Virus record (IMG/VR): IMGVR_UViG_2974611114_000001
Location: 40,330-104,329 of that record
DNA: 64,000 nt
Source of the DNA: a virus
Taxonomy: Duplodnaviria > Caudoviricetes
Direction: 5' to 3' (one strand)
Below, in pieces: positions 37,333 to 47,558 of the stretch. Position 1 is the first letter of the stretch, and every line of letters begins with the position of its first letter. Made by a program: the position numbers and the translations under genes. Below the pieces are notes generated by a model. It was not told the origin of the DNA. It saw only the letters and a list, made by a program, of their open reading frames with translations, and made no database searches.

Positions 37333-37610
37333 TCGTGCTGGGGCTTGTGGGATGCTCTAGCGAACCTTACATACCACCACCTAAGATTATAGAAATTTCC
37401 AAGCCTATTATAGCACTGCCTAAGCCGGTAGAGTATTGTTCAGTACGCAATTTATCTATTCAGGTTGTTGATAATAGAGCATATATAGCTATACCTTATT
37501 CTGACTATATTGACTACTCTAAATGCACAAGAGACTATGTAAGATACTTAAAAGATATTAATAATACAGTATGCTACTATACAAATAATAAAGGGGAAAA
37601 TTGTAAATGA
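37296..37610 (+). CDS. Rz1-like outer-membrane spanin lipoprotein
   Basis: Lipobox LVGC, Pro-rich segment. Confidence 0.75.
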   Translation: MSNWRRVVLSSMIVLGLVGCSSEPYIPPPKIIEISKPIIALPKPVEYCSVRNLSIQVVDNRAYIAIPYSDYIDYSKCTRDYVRYLKDINNTVCYYTNNKGENCK

Positions 37611-38353
37611 TTTTATTGGGACTTACTGGAGACGCTGGTGTTGGTAAAGACACGGTAGCCCAGCTGTTAAAGGAAGCGGGAGAGAATGTACACTTCCAGG
37701 TTGAGCGTATAGGTTTTGGTGACGCGTTATACGGATTAGCGTCAAAACTATCCGGTATACCTATTGAGTATATGCAAAATAGGGAATACAAGGAAGAAAA
37801 AGTCCATATGTGCTTTACAGAGCAAAGTCTCATAGATGCTAGCGACTACTGGGACGAGATTGGTATTGGAAGCTACGGCGATTTCCCGTATTGCATCTCT
37901 GAGTGGGTACATAACGATCTACTGCCTAAGTTCGGGGAGCCTAATATTCTTCCAGACGCAGTCTACTCGTTTTATTTATCACCACGTGAGTTATTACAGC
38001 TAACTGGTACAGAACTTGGTAGAGATAGAGTGGACACAGACCTGTGGCTTAATTTAGTAGACCAAAAGATAAGCTCAGCCTGCTCAGATGTAATAATTAT
38101 CACTGATGTTCGTTTTCCTAATGAAATTGAATACGTTAAAAGTAGTGGTGGAGAGATAGTACAGATAGTTAGTAGTGTTAAAAAGTTTGCTACCAAAAGT
38201 ACAAACCATCCTAGTGCTCAGAAACTAGATTACTATGATATTAAAATTGATAATACATTTGAGGGGTTAGATAAGTTAGCCTTTACCTTATCAACAGAAC
38301 TGTATCCGACCCTGCCTTTACGATTTGTAGATAGCTTACTAGAGGAGCGCTAA
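37607..38353 (+). CDS. dnk: deoxynucleoside monophosphate kinase
   Basis: GDAGVGKDT, RELLQLTGTELGR, ITDVRFPNE. Confidence 0.92.
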   Translation: MILLGLTGDAGVGKDTVAQLLKEAGENVHFQVERIGFGDALYGLASKLSGIPIEYMQNREYKEEKVHMCFTEQSLIDASDYWDEIGIGSYGDFPYCISEWVHNDLLPKFGEPNILPDAVYSFYLSPRELLQLTGTELGRDRVDTDLWLNLVDQKISSACSDVIIITDVRFPNEIEYVKSSGGEIVQIVSSVKKFATKSTNHPSAQKLDYYDIKIDNTFEGLDKLAFTLSTELYPTLPLRFVDSLLEER

Positions 38354-38354
38354 T

Positions 38355-38948
38355 ATGTTTGAAGACGAAGAAGGAATCATCTCATTGAAACAACCAGTAC
38401 TTACCGCACAGGTAGGTTCCACAGTGTATAATTATCATATGGATGAGCCTATTGGTGATCCCTCTAACTATAGAGATCTAATTACTGTACTTAGCATGGC
38501 TACCGAAGCAGACGTTATTAATCTGTATATCAACGGACCTGGGGGCGATCTTAGCACTACGATGCAGTTATGCAATGCTATTGCGTCATCTAGTGCTACT
38601 GTTGTTGGGCATTTGCAGGGATCTGCGTGTTCAGGTCATGCGTTCATTTTCTTAGCATGCCACGAATGGGTAGTGTACCCAGTATCTTACGTAATGTTGC
38701 ATACCTCAACTGGTGGTACTTACGGAACTGGTAATAATAACCATGCAGCTATCGCTAACCTAGATCAAATTATGTCAGCATTAATGGACTACTTTGTAGT
38801 TCCCTTTATGAGTAAAGAGGAGGTTGAGCAGAGGATCTTTACCTATAAAGACGATGTATATTTTTCAGGAGAGGACTTATCTACTCGCTTAGATAAGTTA
38901 TCTAAGTATAGACAGGCAGCCATCAAAGAATACATGGAATCTAATTAG
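38355..38948 (+). CDS. ClpP-like serine protease
   Basis: LYINGPGG, ACSG catalytic Ser region, VMLH, D-x-YF. Confidence 0.85.
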   Translation: MFEDEEGIISLKQPVLTAQVGSTVYNYHMDEPIGDPSNYRDLITVLSMATEADVINLYINGPGGDLSTTMQLCNAIASSSATVVGHLQGSACSGHAFIFLACHEWVVYPVSYVMLHTSTGGTYGTGNNNHAAIANLDQIMSALMDYFVVPFMSKEEVEQRIFTYKDDVYFSGEDLSTRLDKLSKYRQAAIKEYMESN

Positions 38949-38955
38949 TTGTATA

Positions 38956-38988
38956 AAGCCACCCTGATACTTCAAGGTGGCTTTTTTG
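38956..38988 (+). terminator. intrinsic terminator
   Basis: AAAGCCACC...GGTGGCTTTTTT. Confidence 0.7.
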
Positions 38989-39107
38989 TTGGAAATAGAA
39001 AATATACTTGACAATTGTATGATAATATGCTAGGGAAGAATTATAATATTTACTTGTAAAATGCGTGCGCTTCTGGTATAATAGTAGTATCAGGAGGTGA
39101 GAAATTT

Positions 39108-39764
39108 GTGGACAATCTAATAAAACTGCTAACGCTCCTATTTAGTCAAATTAGTAATCCAAAGGATTTGTTACGTAATAGTGCCACGTTGTTGATCGGT
39201 ACTCTCATATTTATATTAGTAGAGTACCATGCCGAGATAGGGGAGTATATGTCAAACTTCTCTTCTTCAAAGATAATCGCTGAACAACAGCTACTAAGGG
39301 AAGCTAAGTTTCCAGAAGTTGCTACGGAAAAGGCTCAAGCACTATATTTGCAAACTAGAGCTGATGCGGTATTTGTTTACAAATATGAACCTACCGCTGT
39401 TAATGACTATCAGAAGATAATCTATTGGGAGAGTGCTATACCGCTACCTAAAGAGGATTATGAACTAAAACCGGTCGACAAAACTAGCAATCTATATATG
39501 GAGCAGTTAGCGGGGATAAACTACGTAGTTTCATCCCCAGAAGAGCGAGTCTATTTTAAAGGATCAGATATACCAGCATTTAAAAATGTAGAGTTCAGCT
39601 ACGTGTATACTTGTCCGTTTTTTAATTTAGATAATATATATTCCGGCTACATTGGTATAGCCTGGAGAGAGATACCAGCAGACAAGGAGCACATGGAAGA
39701 TTTAGAGAATTATCTATATAGAGTGTGCTCAACACCTGCAAGAGCCCTAGGCAGGGCTTTATAG
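39108..39764 (+). CDS. hol: holin (T4 T / T5 type)
   Basis: One TM helix plus large periplasmic domain with YTCPFFNLDNIYSGYIGIAW. Confidence 0.88.
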   Translation: MDNLIKLLTLLFSQISNPKDLLRNSATLLIGTLIFILVEYHAEIGEYMSNFSSSKIIAEQQLLREAKFPEVATEKAQALYLQTRADAVFVYKYEPTAVNDYQKIIYWESAIPLPKEDYELKPVDKTSNLYMEQLAGINYVVSSPEERVYFKGSDIPAFKNVEFSYVYTCPFFNLDNIYSGYIGIAWREIPADKEHMEDLENYLYRVCSTPARALGRAL

Positions 39765-39772
39765 GAGATACT

Positions 39773-40279
39773 ATGGAGACGAGAGGATTACCTTGGTTAG
39801 TTGAGGGGTATAAACTACTAGGGATACATGAAGCAACTAAAGATGGTGGTGCTGAGGTAGATAAACTGTGGAAAGACTTTAAGATGGGTGGTCTAATGGG
39901 CAGTCCAACAACTATACCATGGTGCTCTGGGTTTGTTGGCGGTACGCTAACCAGAGCAGGGCTACCTACTACCAGCACCAGTCAATACAATAAAGCTAGT
40001 TCTCAGTACTGGCTAGGTTATGGAACCAAATTGAGTAAGCCAGCTTTTGGGTGTATAGTAGTGTTTAAGTACCCTAACGGTAACGGTCATGTTGGGTATG
40101 TAGTAGGTAAAACCTCAAGTGGGTTATTATTAGTATTAGGTGGTAATCAAAGCGATATGGTATGCGTAAAAGCATTCAAAACCGGACTAATACAAGGATA
40201 CGTATTCCCAGAAGGTAACTACACTATAGATTATGACCTACCAATAGGTGATGCAGAGTTAGTGGGATCAACTAGATAA
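39773..40279 (+). CDS. endolysin, TIGR02594/NlpC-P60(CHAP)-like
   Basis: PWCSGFV, GHVGYV, LGGNQSD; follows the holin; start METRGLPW. Confidence 0.8.
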   Translation: METRGLPWLVEGYKLLGIHEATKDGGAEVDKLWKDFKMGGLMGSPTTIPWCSGFVGGTLTRAGLPTTSTSQYNKASSQYWLGYGTKLSKPAFGCIVVFKYPNGNGHVGYVVGKTSSGLLLVLGGNQSDMVCVKAFKTGLIQGYVFPEGNYTIDYDLPIGDAELVGSTR

Positions 40280-40283
40280 TAAT

Positions 40284-40320
40284 AAAGGGAACTATCGAAA
40301 GGTAGTTCCCTTTTCTTTTT
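40284..40320 (+). terminator. intrinsic terminator
   Basis: AAAGGGAACTATC-GAAA-GGTAGTTCCCTTT followed by a T run. Confidence 0.75.
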
Positions 40321-40383
40321 AGTTGACAAATACTACGATTTTTGATATAATATTTATATAAATTGATAAGAAAGGATTATTTT

Positions 40384-40578
40384 ATGAAGAAGTTCCGTAT
40401 TAGTCACTACTTCTCTGGCTACGTTAGAGGTACATGTCATATTGAGGTTGACGCAGAGAGTCTAGAAGAAGCGCAAAGGATGTCGGAAGACCTCGGCGTT
40501 ATAGATGCAGATGTGTTTGATCTTGCTAGAAGTGACGCAGAGATTGAAGATACTATGGTAGTGGAGATCGAAAAATGA
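40384..40578 (+). CDS. hypothetical protein
   Basis: Start MKKFRI; promoter upstream. Confidence 0.55.
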   Translation: MKKFRISHYFSGYVRGTCHIEVDAESLEEAQRMSEDLGVIDADVFDLARSDAEIEDTMVVEIEK

Positions 40579-40932
40579 AAACTAAACTTATTGGTTGGTA
40601 CAATTCAATGAGCACAGATACTAAAGCTATGATCTGGTTTATTATAATCACATTACCAGTAATACTGGTCATAGGGGTGTTAGGTGCCTAACTCACTAGT
40701 ATTAGTAATATCAATGCTATTATCTGTAGCCCTAGGAATGGGTGTTAGTATAGCTATTCATGTTGGTCTTAGTATAGAAATATGCCTAGTATTACTGGTT
40801 ATATCAGGGCTATTAGGTATGAGCACCTATAGATTACACCAAATATGGTAAATGCGTTAAAAAATGTACTTGCCAACTTACTAAAATTTTAGTATAATAT
40901 ATGTATAAATTGCGAGATAGGAGATCAAAAGA

Positions 40933-41346
40933 ATGTCCAGTCGCTACTACGAGCAAATGTGTGAATTTTTACGCATTAGCCCGTCAGAACTAGATAATTA
41001 TTTAAAACACGAACCGGAAAAATTACAGAGTAAAATAGACCGCAAACTTAATAGAGGTACTAAAACAGTGGCAAGTAAGAAGAGAACCCGCAGAGATATC
41101 TCAAACTATATTAGTGAGCGTATTGGTGCAGATCTTACTATTGAAAAGCTACCATTACCTACACTAGAAGCTGTTGAGGATTGCGCTAAAGTAAAAGGAA
41201 AGTTTACCAAAGTTGAAGTGCCTACTGGTAGACTGAAACAACCATACATTGATGCACTTAAAACAATGTTTGGCAAAGATCTAGAGTTTAGTTCCATTAC
41301 TGTAAAGTCAATGACTGAACTGTTAACTGCATTTAATAACCTATGA
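40933..41346 (+). CDS. T5-conserved hypothetical protein
   Basis: PTGRLKQPY motif; promoter and GGAG RBS. Confidence 0.7.
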   Translation: MSSRYYEQMCEFLRISPSELDNYLKHEPEKLQSKIDRKLNRGTKTVASKKRTRRDISNYISERIGADLTIEKLPLPTLEAVEDCAKVKGKFTKVEVPTGRLKQPYIDALKTMFGKDLEFSSITVKSMTELLTAFNNL

Positions 41347-41361
41347 AGCAGGAGAGGCTCT

Positions 41362-42174
41362 ATGCAACAAATTAATACTAGGAACTTTATAGGTATCAAA
41401 CACAATGATACTCTTAATGTACCTACAGATGCAAAATTATTCTTCGTTGGGGATATCCATGGTCATTATGATCACTTAATGAAAGCGTTGCATAAAGCAG
41501 ATTTTGACTTTGATAAAGATTTCCTAGTCTCAGTAGGAGATCTTATTGACCGAGGTCCGAATAGTGCTAGAGTTGTGATGCTCATCGGAGAGAGGTGGTT
41601 TCATCCAGTAATGGGTAATCATGACTTCTTCCCAGTTGTGGATGACTATGTAAATTGGATGGGTAATGGTGGTACCTGGGCTTTAGATTATCCAGACCCA
41701 GATAGCAATGGGCTTGATCCTATACTTTTAAGGAAACTAACTAGCCTACCCCTAACTAAAACTGTTACATATGGAGACCTAAGATTTGGGGTAAGCCATG
41801 CAGGTATCCCTAAGTTTTTTAAATTCTGGAGAGACTACGCTACCCAGGACTACATTGACTTGCCAACAGACTGGGATGGTATTGTTCAAATGCTTACAGA
41901 AGCCGTTAATGATCCTTTGTTGCATAGGGAATTAGTAATGACTATGTTATGGGATCGCACAGTACGTAGAGACTCTGATAGGGGACTTACATTCCCAAGT
42001 ATTACAGGTGTAGACTACACTATTCATGGGCACACCTATTCCAAAGATAGACTAAATATAGGTAATAGAGTATATTTAGATACTGGTTGTGGGTGGAAAG
42101 ATGGCAACTTAACTGTAACTAGAGCTAACGCGGATGGTACATTTACTGATTTCTTAGTACCTACTAAGGAGTAA
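41362..42174 (+). CDS. Ser/Thr protein phosphatase (NinI-like metallophosphoesterase)
   Basis: GDIHG, GDLIDRG, GNHD, HAG, HGHT, LDTG. Confidence 0.92.
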   Translation: MQQINTRNFIGIKHNDTLNVPTDAKLFFVGDIHGHYDHLMKALHKADFDFDKDFLVSVGDLIDRGPNSARVVMLIGERWFHPVMGNHDFFPVVDDYVNWMGNGGTWALDYPDPDSNGLDPILLRKLTSLPLTKTVTYGDLRFGVSHAGIPKFFKFWRDYATQDYIDLPTDWDGIVQMLTEAVNDPLLHRELVMTMLWDRTVRRDSDRGLTFPSITGVDYTIHGHTYSKDRLNIGNRVYLDTGCGWKDGNLTVTRANADGTFTDFLVPTKE

Positions 42175-42326
42175 TTTATGCGTAGTAAATTTGGGGTTAA
42201 GATTATACCGTTAGGTGCTCCTTCCTGGGTTAACTGGTACTCCAGTATAGCAGAACTAGAAAAGGCTATTAAAGATATTGACGTAGCATATACAGTTTAT
42301 TTGTGTACACCTAAAAAGGATCAAAC

Positions 42327-42527
42327 ATGGAAAAGGGGCATAAAGTAGTAGTTAACCGCCATGACATAGGATGGGGTACACTTACTTGGGTAAATTCTTT
42401 TTATACTGAAAAAGAAGCCAAAGACTGGATATCAGATATGGAAGTGGAAGATTACGAACGCGAAAAGAACTTGAAAGGTACATCTAATACTTATTATACA
42501 TATACATATATTCCTTTAGAAAAGTAG
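42327..42527 (+). CDS. hypothetical protein
   Basis: 66-aa ORF with RBS. Confidence 0.55.
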   Translation: MEKGHKVVVNRHDIGWGTLTWVNSFYTEKEAKDWISDMEVEDYEREKNLKGTSNTYYTYTYIPLEK

Positions 42528-42585
42528 TTGCAAAGTTGCGATATTCTTGATATAATATGTTTATAAATTGAAATGAGGAATAATT

Positions 42586-42861
42586 ATGAAAAAACTAAGT
42601 TCAGCTATGCAAGATTTAAAATTAGATAAGAAAGAGATGTGTAACACTTTACTTATCCTAATGGGCATGGATATCGCAGAGTTCCATTCTCAGTTTATGA
42701 AGATGAGTATCGCAACTCTTAACGTTATGTACGAACAATTAACTCAAAACGCTGTAGCACATGCTGAAGCTCGTCGCCAAGAGCGATTTGCTAAAGAACA
42801 CTTAGCAGTTGCAGAGCGACGAATCGCATCTCTAGAGCGCTCATTACAAAAAAGGAAATAA
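42586..42861 (+). CDS. hypothetical coiled-coil protein
   Basis: Promoter and GAGG RBS. Confidence 0.7.
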   Translation: MKKLSSAMQDLKLDKKEMCNTLLILMGMDIAEFHSQFMKMSIATLNVMYEQLTQNAVAHAEARRQERFAKEHLAVAERRIASLERSLQKRK

Positions 42862-42862
42862 T

Positions 42863-43156
42863 ATGATTTTAGAGTCAGTTGTAGGATTATTAGTAGTATC
42901 TGTACTTGGCAATATTGGTTTAGGTATTGCTTACAAAGGGGTGCAGAACCGTTTACTACGTTATGCTGAAAATACAAAAGAAGCAATTAGAAACTTGGAT
43001 GCTAAGATTCTAGAGACGGAGGAGAATCTAATCCTACGTGAAGAGGAATTAATTGCCCAAATTCATCATGCTATTGCTACTACTCCAATGAAGCAAACAG
43101 ACAGAATCCAACTAATTTCACGTATTAAAAGGATTCAAGATGGGACTGATAAATAA
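42863..43156 (+). CDS. membrane-anchored coiled-coil protein
   Basis: N-terminal TM helix. Confidence 0.65.
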   Translation: MILESVVGLLVVSVLGNIGLGIAYKGVQNRLLRYAENTKEAIRNLDAKILETEENLILREEELIAQIHHAIATTPMKQTDRIQLISRIKRIQDGTDK

Positions 43157-43430
43157 ATTATTTGGTAAGCCCACACCACCAGATCCTTTAACGCTTAGAT
43201 CTGGTGGGTATAGTTTATCCTCCTATTTTGGTATTGAAGCATTGAGAGTGCCAATATGGGCTAAGCACTGGAGTGTGGATCATAAAGGGTCGTTGGTAGT
43301 ATGGGAAACTACACCTATGTATGATGATTGCTTAATGGAATTTGAAGCTGAAGGTAAATGCCTGCACTTACTAATGCTAGACAAAGATAATATATTAACT
43401 ACAGCTAAAGGAGCATTATATAATGTCTAA
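43140..43430 (+). CDS. hypothetical protein
   Basis: YFGIEALRVPIWAKHWSVD motif. Confidence 0.65.
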   Translation: MGLINKLFGKPTPPDPLTLRSGGYSLSSYFGIEALRVPIWAKHWSVDHKGSLVVWETTPMYDDCLMEFEAEGKCLHLLMLDKDNILTTAKGALYNV

Positions 43431-43611
43431 TAAAGTAACACTAGAACTAGAGGAATCGACCATTGATTTAGTAATGGTTGCTATTGCTGAAATGAGTACA
43501 TCAGGTACAGAGTTCACTTCCGCTGAACGATTACATGCACTTATGGATTTAAATGAAGCTATGGATAACGCAAAGTTTGCTATGGCTAATAAGGTAGATA
43601 CAAGTGAGTAA
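43423..43611 (+). CDS. hypothetical protein
   Basis: 62-aa ORF with GGAG RBS. Confidence 0.55.
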   Translation: MSNKVTLELEESTIDLVMVAIAEMSTSGTEFTSAERLHALMDLNEAMDNAKFAMANKVDTSE

Positions 43612-43757
43612 ACAAATAACAATAACTTTACTACAATCTGATGTAGAAACCTTTCTTGTATGGGCTAACTCTATGTTCTTATATGACATTGACGAAGATG
43701 AGGCAGAAGCCTTAACCAAGTTAGCCGATGCACTTACAAGCGAACTGGAGAAATTAG

Positions 43758-44093
43758 ATGATTAATTTAAATTTAACATACGAAGAAGCAGAAGAACTAC
43801 AAAAGGCATTAGTGCCAATCATTAAAAAGGCTGGCGAAGGTGACTTACCAATAGTAAAGATAGCATCTAGACTAGGGGCAGCCTTAATTGAGGAATGGAA
43901 CCCAGGAACCTCACTCATGCCCCTTCACGTTCCGGTAATTATCAATTTACAAGGTAGTATGATAAAAGCTATTAGAACATCATTAGCTGATAGTTATCAT
44001 CCCAAATTCCAGGAAGTAACGTATACCCTAGTAAATGGTCTAGATGTTACTACCGTGTTAGATACAAGCAAATTCTCGTGGAGACGACTATAA
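43758..44093 (+). CDS. hypothetical protein
   Basis: 111-aa ORF with GGAG RBS. Confidence 0.65.
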   Translation: MINLNLTYEEAEELQKALVPIIKKAGEGDLPIVKIASRLGAALIEEWNPGTSLMPLHVPVIINLQGSMIKAIRTSLADSYHPKFQEVTYTLVNGLDVTTVLDTSKFSWRRL

Positions 44094-44094
44094 T

Positions 44095-44511
44095 ATGAAA
44101 GAGTTACTTCTTGCTAAAGGGTATGTTCAAGGAACAAAAACAACTGCACTATTTGAAGAAGCATTTATTAATATGGATGGATCGTTAGATATTGCATTCT
44201 TTAATTTTGTTCATGATACTACCTATACAGCAAAAGCTTTGCGCGGGGCGTTAAAAGAATTGGGCGTTACGCCCCTTTACCTGGGTAAAGGAGAAGAATC
44301 CACTAAGGAGATCTCCGAAATGTATACTTTCGGAGCGCATGCAAACGCTAAAATGTGGATTATTGATTTATATAATAAGTTTGGCAAAGTCTTTTCTAGA
44401 GGTTCTGTTCTGGGTTGGATTGCAAGACAACGCCCAGAAAAGTCAGCAGGATCTTTCTCACCTCTAGGAATGGCACACATTCCAAGTGTGAATGAGACGG
44501 AAGCGATTTGA
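44095..44511 (+). CDS. hypothetical protein
   Basis: 138-aa ORF in operon. Confidence 0.65.
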   Translation: MKELLLAKGYVQGTKTTALFEEAFINMDGSLDIAFFNFVHDTTYTAKALRGALKELGVTPLYLGKGEESTKEISEMYTFGAHANAKMWIIDLYNKFGKVFSRGSVLGWIARQRPEKSAGSFSPLGMAHIPSVNETEAI

Positions 44512-44984
44512 CACAAGATGAGATAAGAAAGCTAGGTAGAGAGTCTAGAGAAGATGCCTTTATTGACATGATGCTAGATTTCCCTGCCTTTAGGTTTACT
44601 AAGCGAGATGGTAGCCTTAACCTTAGGAAGATTAACCAACTAGATGTTGGGTATAGGCAACTAGCTAAAAATGCTTGGTTTGTTCAACGGGCATTAAAAG
44701 TACATGATAGGGTATACGGGTACTATAATGTAGAGTATGAAAGAATGGATGTCCCAGTAGCGATATTCTGTAATGTTCATGAAGGCATGTTTCTACAAAC
44801 CCCTAAAGCCCACCTAGCTGGCAGTGGTTGCCCTGAATGTGCTAAGACCTTAGTAGATAGAGAAACAGAGCTAGGTACATTTAAGGTACCTTTTCCATTC
44901 CACTATTATAGGATAGAGGATAACTTAGTTATTTTCTATAATGCAAAGAACGAGGAGTATGTACCAGAGGGTCAAACCCTCTAG
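44508..44984 (+). CDS. DUF723-like Zn-binding domain protein
   Basis: VHDRVYGY..VEY...VAIFCNVH...FLQTPKAHLAGSGCPEC. Confidence 0.7.
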   Translation: MTQDEIRKLGRESREDAFIDMMLDFPAFRFTKRDGSLNLRKINQLDVGYRQLAKNAWFVQRALKVHDRVYGYYNVEYERMDVPVAIFCNVHEGMFLQTPKAHLAGSGCPECAKTLVDRETELGTFKVPFPFHYYRIEDNLVIFYNAKNEEYVPEGQTL

Positions 44985-45074
44985 AACTACTAACAATATG
45001 AAAAATGACATACATGCTGTTATTTTATTTGTATTATTAATATTCCTAATTTGTTTAATAATATAAGGAGTTAT

Positions 45075-45305
45075 ATGAATGCCGTGCTTTTAGTTATTAG
45101 CTGTGTATTTTTGCTAATCTTAGGATTAGGCTTTATGGTGGTTGCTGATATAGCCTCTAAGGTAGTGTATAGTCACGTTCTAAGGTATAGAACTCGTGGG
45201 TTCTACTCAGCACTAGTGCAACCATGTGTATGGGTAGCTACTATTGCTGTATTAGTCTCTATTACACATCCAATACTTCTAGGGATAATGACCCTACTAC
45301 TGTAA
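45075..45305 (+). CDS. small membrane protein
   Basis: Two hydrophobic segments; start MNAVLL behind AGGAG. Confidence 0.55.
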   Translation: MNAVLLVISCVFLLILGLGFMVVADIASKVVYSHVLRYRTRGFYSALVQPCVWVATIAVLVSITHPILLGIMTLLL

Positions 45306-45312
45306 TGTTTCA

Positions 45313-45346
45313 GCCCAGTGAGATTTCTCGTTTCACTGGGCTTTCT
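45313..45346 (+). terminator. probable terminator
   Basis: AGCCCAGTGA...TCACTGGGCT followed by TT. Confidence 0.6.
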
Positions 45347-45422
45347 CGTTTAAAATACTATTTGACAATTTACATGTTATTTAGTATAATATATTTATAA
45401 ATTGAATAAAAGGAGTAAATAA

Positions 45423-45764
45423 GTGAGAGCTTTATTAAATGCTTTAGAAGAGGCAGTAGCAAGGCAAGCCCTCTATAAGAGCAATATGGGTTTACGGTAT
45501 AATGAGAAGTCTAATAAAGCCATTGAACTTGCGGATAATATGTCTGAAGCATTGTTTCTAGTTAACTCTTTAGTTATTAAAGGTAGTAGAGTACGGCAGG
45601 CACTGGTAAATAGATTAACATATCTATATAAGGTTAGAGCACTTACTGCAAAGTCAAAACACAAAGCTAAAGGTACTACTAAAGCACTAGGAGCAGCTAA
45701 AATGCTTACTAGTATTAATGCAGATATTGTTGAATTAGAAGAATTACTTATAGGGATAAACTAA
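45423..45764 (+). CDS. hypothetical protein
   Basis: Promoter, AGGAG RBS, GTG start. Confidence 0.65.
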   Translation: MRALLNALEEAVARQALYKSNMGLRYNEKSNKAIELADNMSEALFLVNSLVIKGSRVRQALVNRLTYLYKVRALTAKSKHKAKGTTKALGAAKMLTSINADIVELEELLIGIN

Positions 45765-45765
45765 G

Positions 45766-46098
45766 ATGGAAGAACATTTAAAGTATATGCTAAAGCAGTC
45801 CTTCTCAGTATTTAAGGACTTAAGCTCTCAAGAGTTCATGTCTTGTCTAGATAAGTCTAGTGTAGCTGGCACTGTACTAGTAGGTAGAATGAGTATAGTA
45901 TCTGCTGGTTTATATGATGCTATAATGGAAGAAAATTCCTTATCAGTATTAAAAGCACTCAACACTATTGAAAAACTTGCTATACTAGCAGAACACGCAG
46001 ACGCCACTAATGTAGATTTTGAATACATTACATATTGCATTAAGAATGGTACAGAGTTTGATGCAAATATTGCAATTGGTCAACGAACTGGAGTATAA
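45766..46098 (+). CDS. hypothetical protein
   Basis: 110-aa ORF. Confidence 0.6.
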   Translation: MEEHLKYMLKQSFSVFKDLSSQEFMSCLDKSSVAGTVLVGRMSIVSAGLYDAIMEENSLSVLKALNTIEKLAILAEHADATNVDFEYITYCIKNGTEFDANIAIGQRTGV

Positions 46099-46189
46099 TA
46101 AATGAATATTGTAGAGATGTACGTTGTAGTTTACTCACTAACCCAACTTTGGGCTAATCAAGACAACTTCATAGCGTGGTTACTAACAA

Positions 46190-46375
46190 ATGATAATTAA
46201 ACTACCAACAAATAAGCTAGGGATTCTAGATCATTTCCCTATAGCAGTAATACAAACACTAAAGTTACAGAAGGGGATGCTTACATTAAATGTTATGCCC
46301 AGCAGACGTTGTAAGTTAAACCAATTGGAAGAGTATATTACTAAAGTTGGGGGTGTTATATGTACATTGCACTAG
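46190..46375 (+). CDS. hypothetical protein
   Basis: 61-aa ORF in operon. Confidence 0.5.
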   Translation: MIIKLPTNKLGILDHFPIAVIQTLKLQKGMLTLNVMPSRRCKLNQLEEYITKVGGVICTLH

Positions 46376-46701
46376 CATTCATTGCATTCATTGCCGGTTG
46401 GCTTGCGCTAGACTGGATAGACGATAATGTTAAGGGTAAGCTAACTAAGTTAGTGCTAGGAGTAGTAATTATTTGTAGTTATATTTTCATACTAGACTAT
46501 ATAACTAATATACATGATAGGAATACTATTCGCGAAGCGCTACTGGGGGATGGGTGTAAAACAACTAACCAAGTAGTAGACAAACCTGTTATAGAAAAGA
46601 TAGGTAATGAATATTTTATAACCAATGATACAGAGCAGTTATTTGAATATCAGTGCAACTCGAGAAACCAATATTTGAAGAGCCCTAATTTGGAACAGTA
46701 A
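46360..46701 (+). CDS. membrane protein
   Basis: Two TM helices. Confidence 0.65.
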   Translation: MYIALAFIAFIAGWLALDWIDDNVKGKLTKLVLGVVIICSYIFILDYITNIHDRNTIREALLGDGCKTTNQVVDKPVIEKIGNEYFITNDTEQLFEYQCNSRNQYLKSPNLEQ

Positions 46702-46749
46702 TCCCCAGTTATACAAAGCCACCAATAAGGGGCTTATTTTAGGAGTAAT

Positions 46750-47265
46750 ATGAAAGACTTTCACACAACTAAACGAGTTTTCCTAAACTCAGAAGATACA
46801 TCAGATTTAGCATCTGCAAGTTTTCTAGCAGAGTCCATTGATGGCTCATTCAATGCAAAGTTCGTGGTATCTTATGGCAATAGACAAATCATACTACACT
46901 CTAATCTACTTAATCAGATATCACCAGAGCGATCTTCAGTACTGTTTTATAATAAGATGAAGCTATTGGTGACTAAACTAGATGATTTCATTGCTAGAGC
47001 TAAGGTAACATACCATACTAAAAGTTACGGTGTAGTTATCCCACTAGGTAATGATGAGGAAGCCACTTCATCTAGTATTAACTACCAAGAATTTGAGGGT
47101 AAATCTGCCCTAATATCTATAACTGATTGCGTTAATAAATTAGTAGTATTAGATATAGTTAACTGCGATTCGGATGATCGTGTAGATGAACAATTCTCTA
47201 GAGTTATAGCACTAAGCAACTTTATCCACGAATTCTTAACTGAGCTAGAGGAAAACATATTATGA
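46750..47265 (+). CDS. hypothetical protein
   Basis: KRVFLNS motif; AGGAG RBS. Confidence 0.7.
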   Translation: MKDFHTTKRVFLNSEDTSDLASASFLAESIDGSFNAKFVVSYGNRQIILHSNLLNQISPERSSVLFYNKMKLLVTKLDDFIARAKVTYHTKSYGVVIPLGNDEEATSSSINYQEFEGKSALISITDCVNKLVVLDIVNCDSDDRVDEQFSRVIALSNFIHEFLTELEENIL

Positions 47266-47558
47266 AAAGAGTAATACTATTCCCTAGAGCGTATCCAGAA
47301 CCATTCATAGCCTTTTACGAAGGTAAAGGTAATAAGAAGATCCATTTTAAAGACATAAAGTCACTAGACATAGAAATAGATGAAGCAGGTATCTATATAA
47401 TCCTAGATGGGAAGCAGGAAGCACTACTAGCGGATAGATACGGTACTATCAGAGGAATTGACTTTATTTTAACACCAGAGGGTGAAGAACTATATCATGA
47501 ACTGCAAGAAACATTAGGACAACTTAACTCAGTAGTAGGAGTGTATAATTATGATTAA
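47262..47558 (+). CDS. hypothetical protein
   Basis: ATGA overlap. Confidence 0.6.
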   Translation: MKRVILFPRAYPEPFIAFYEGKGNKKIHFKDIKSLDIEIDEAGIYIILDGKQEALLADRYGTIRGIDFILTPEGEELYHELQETLGQLNSVVGVYNYD

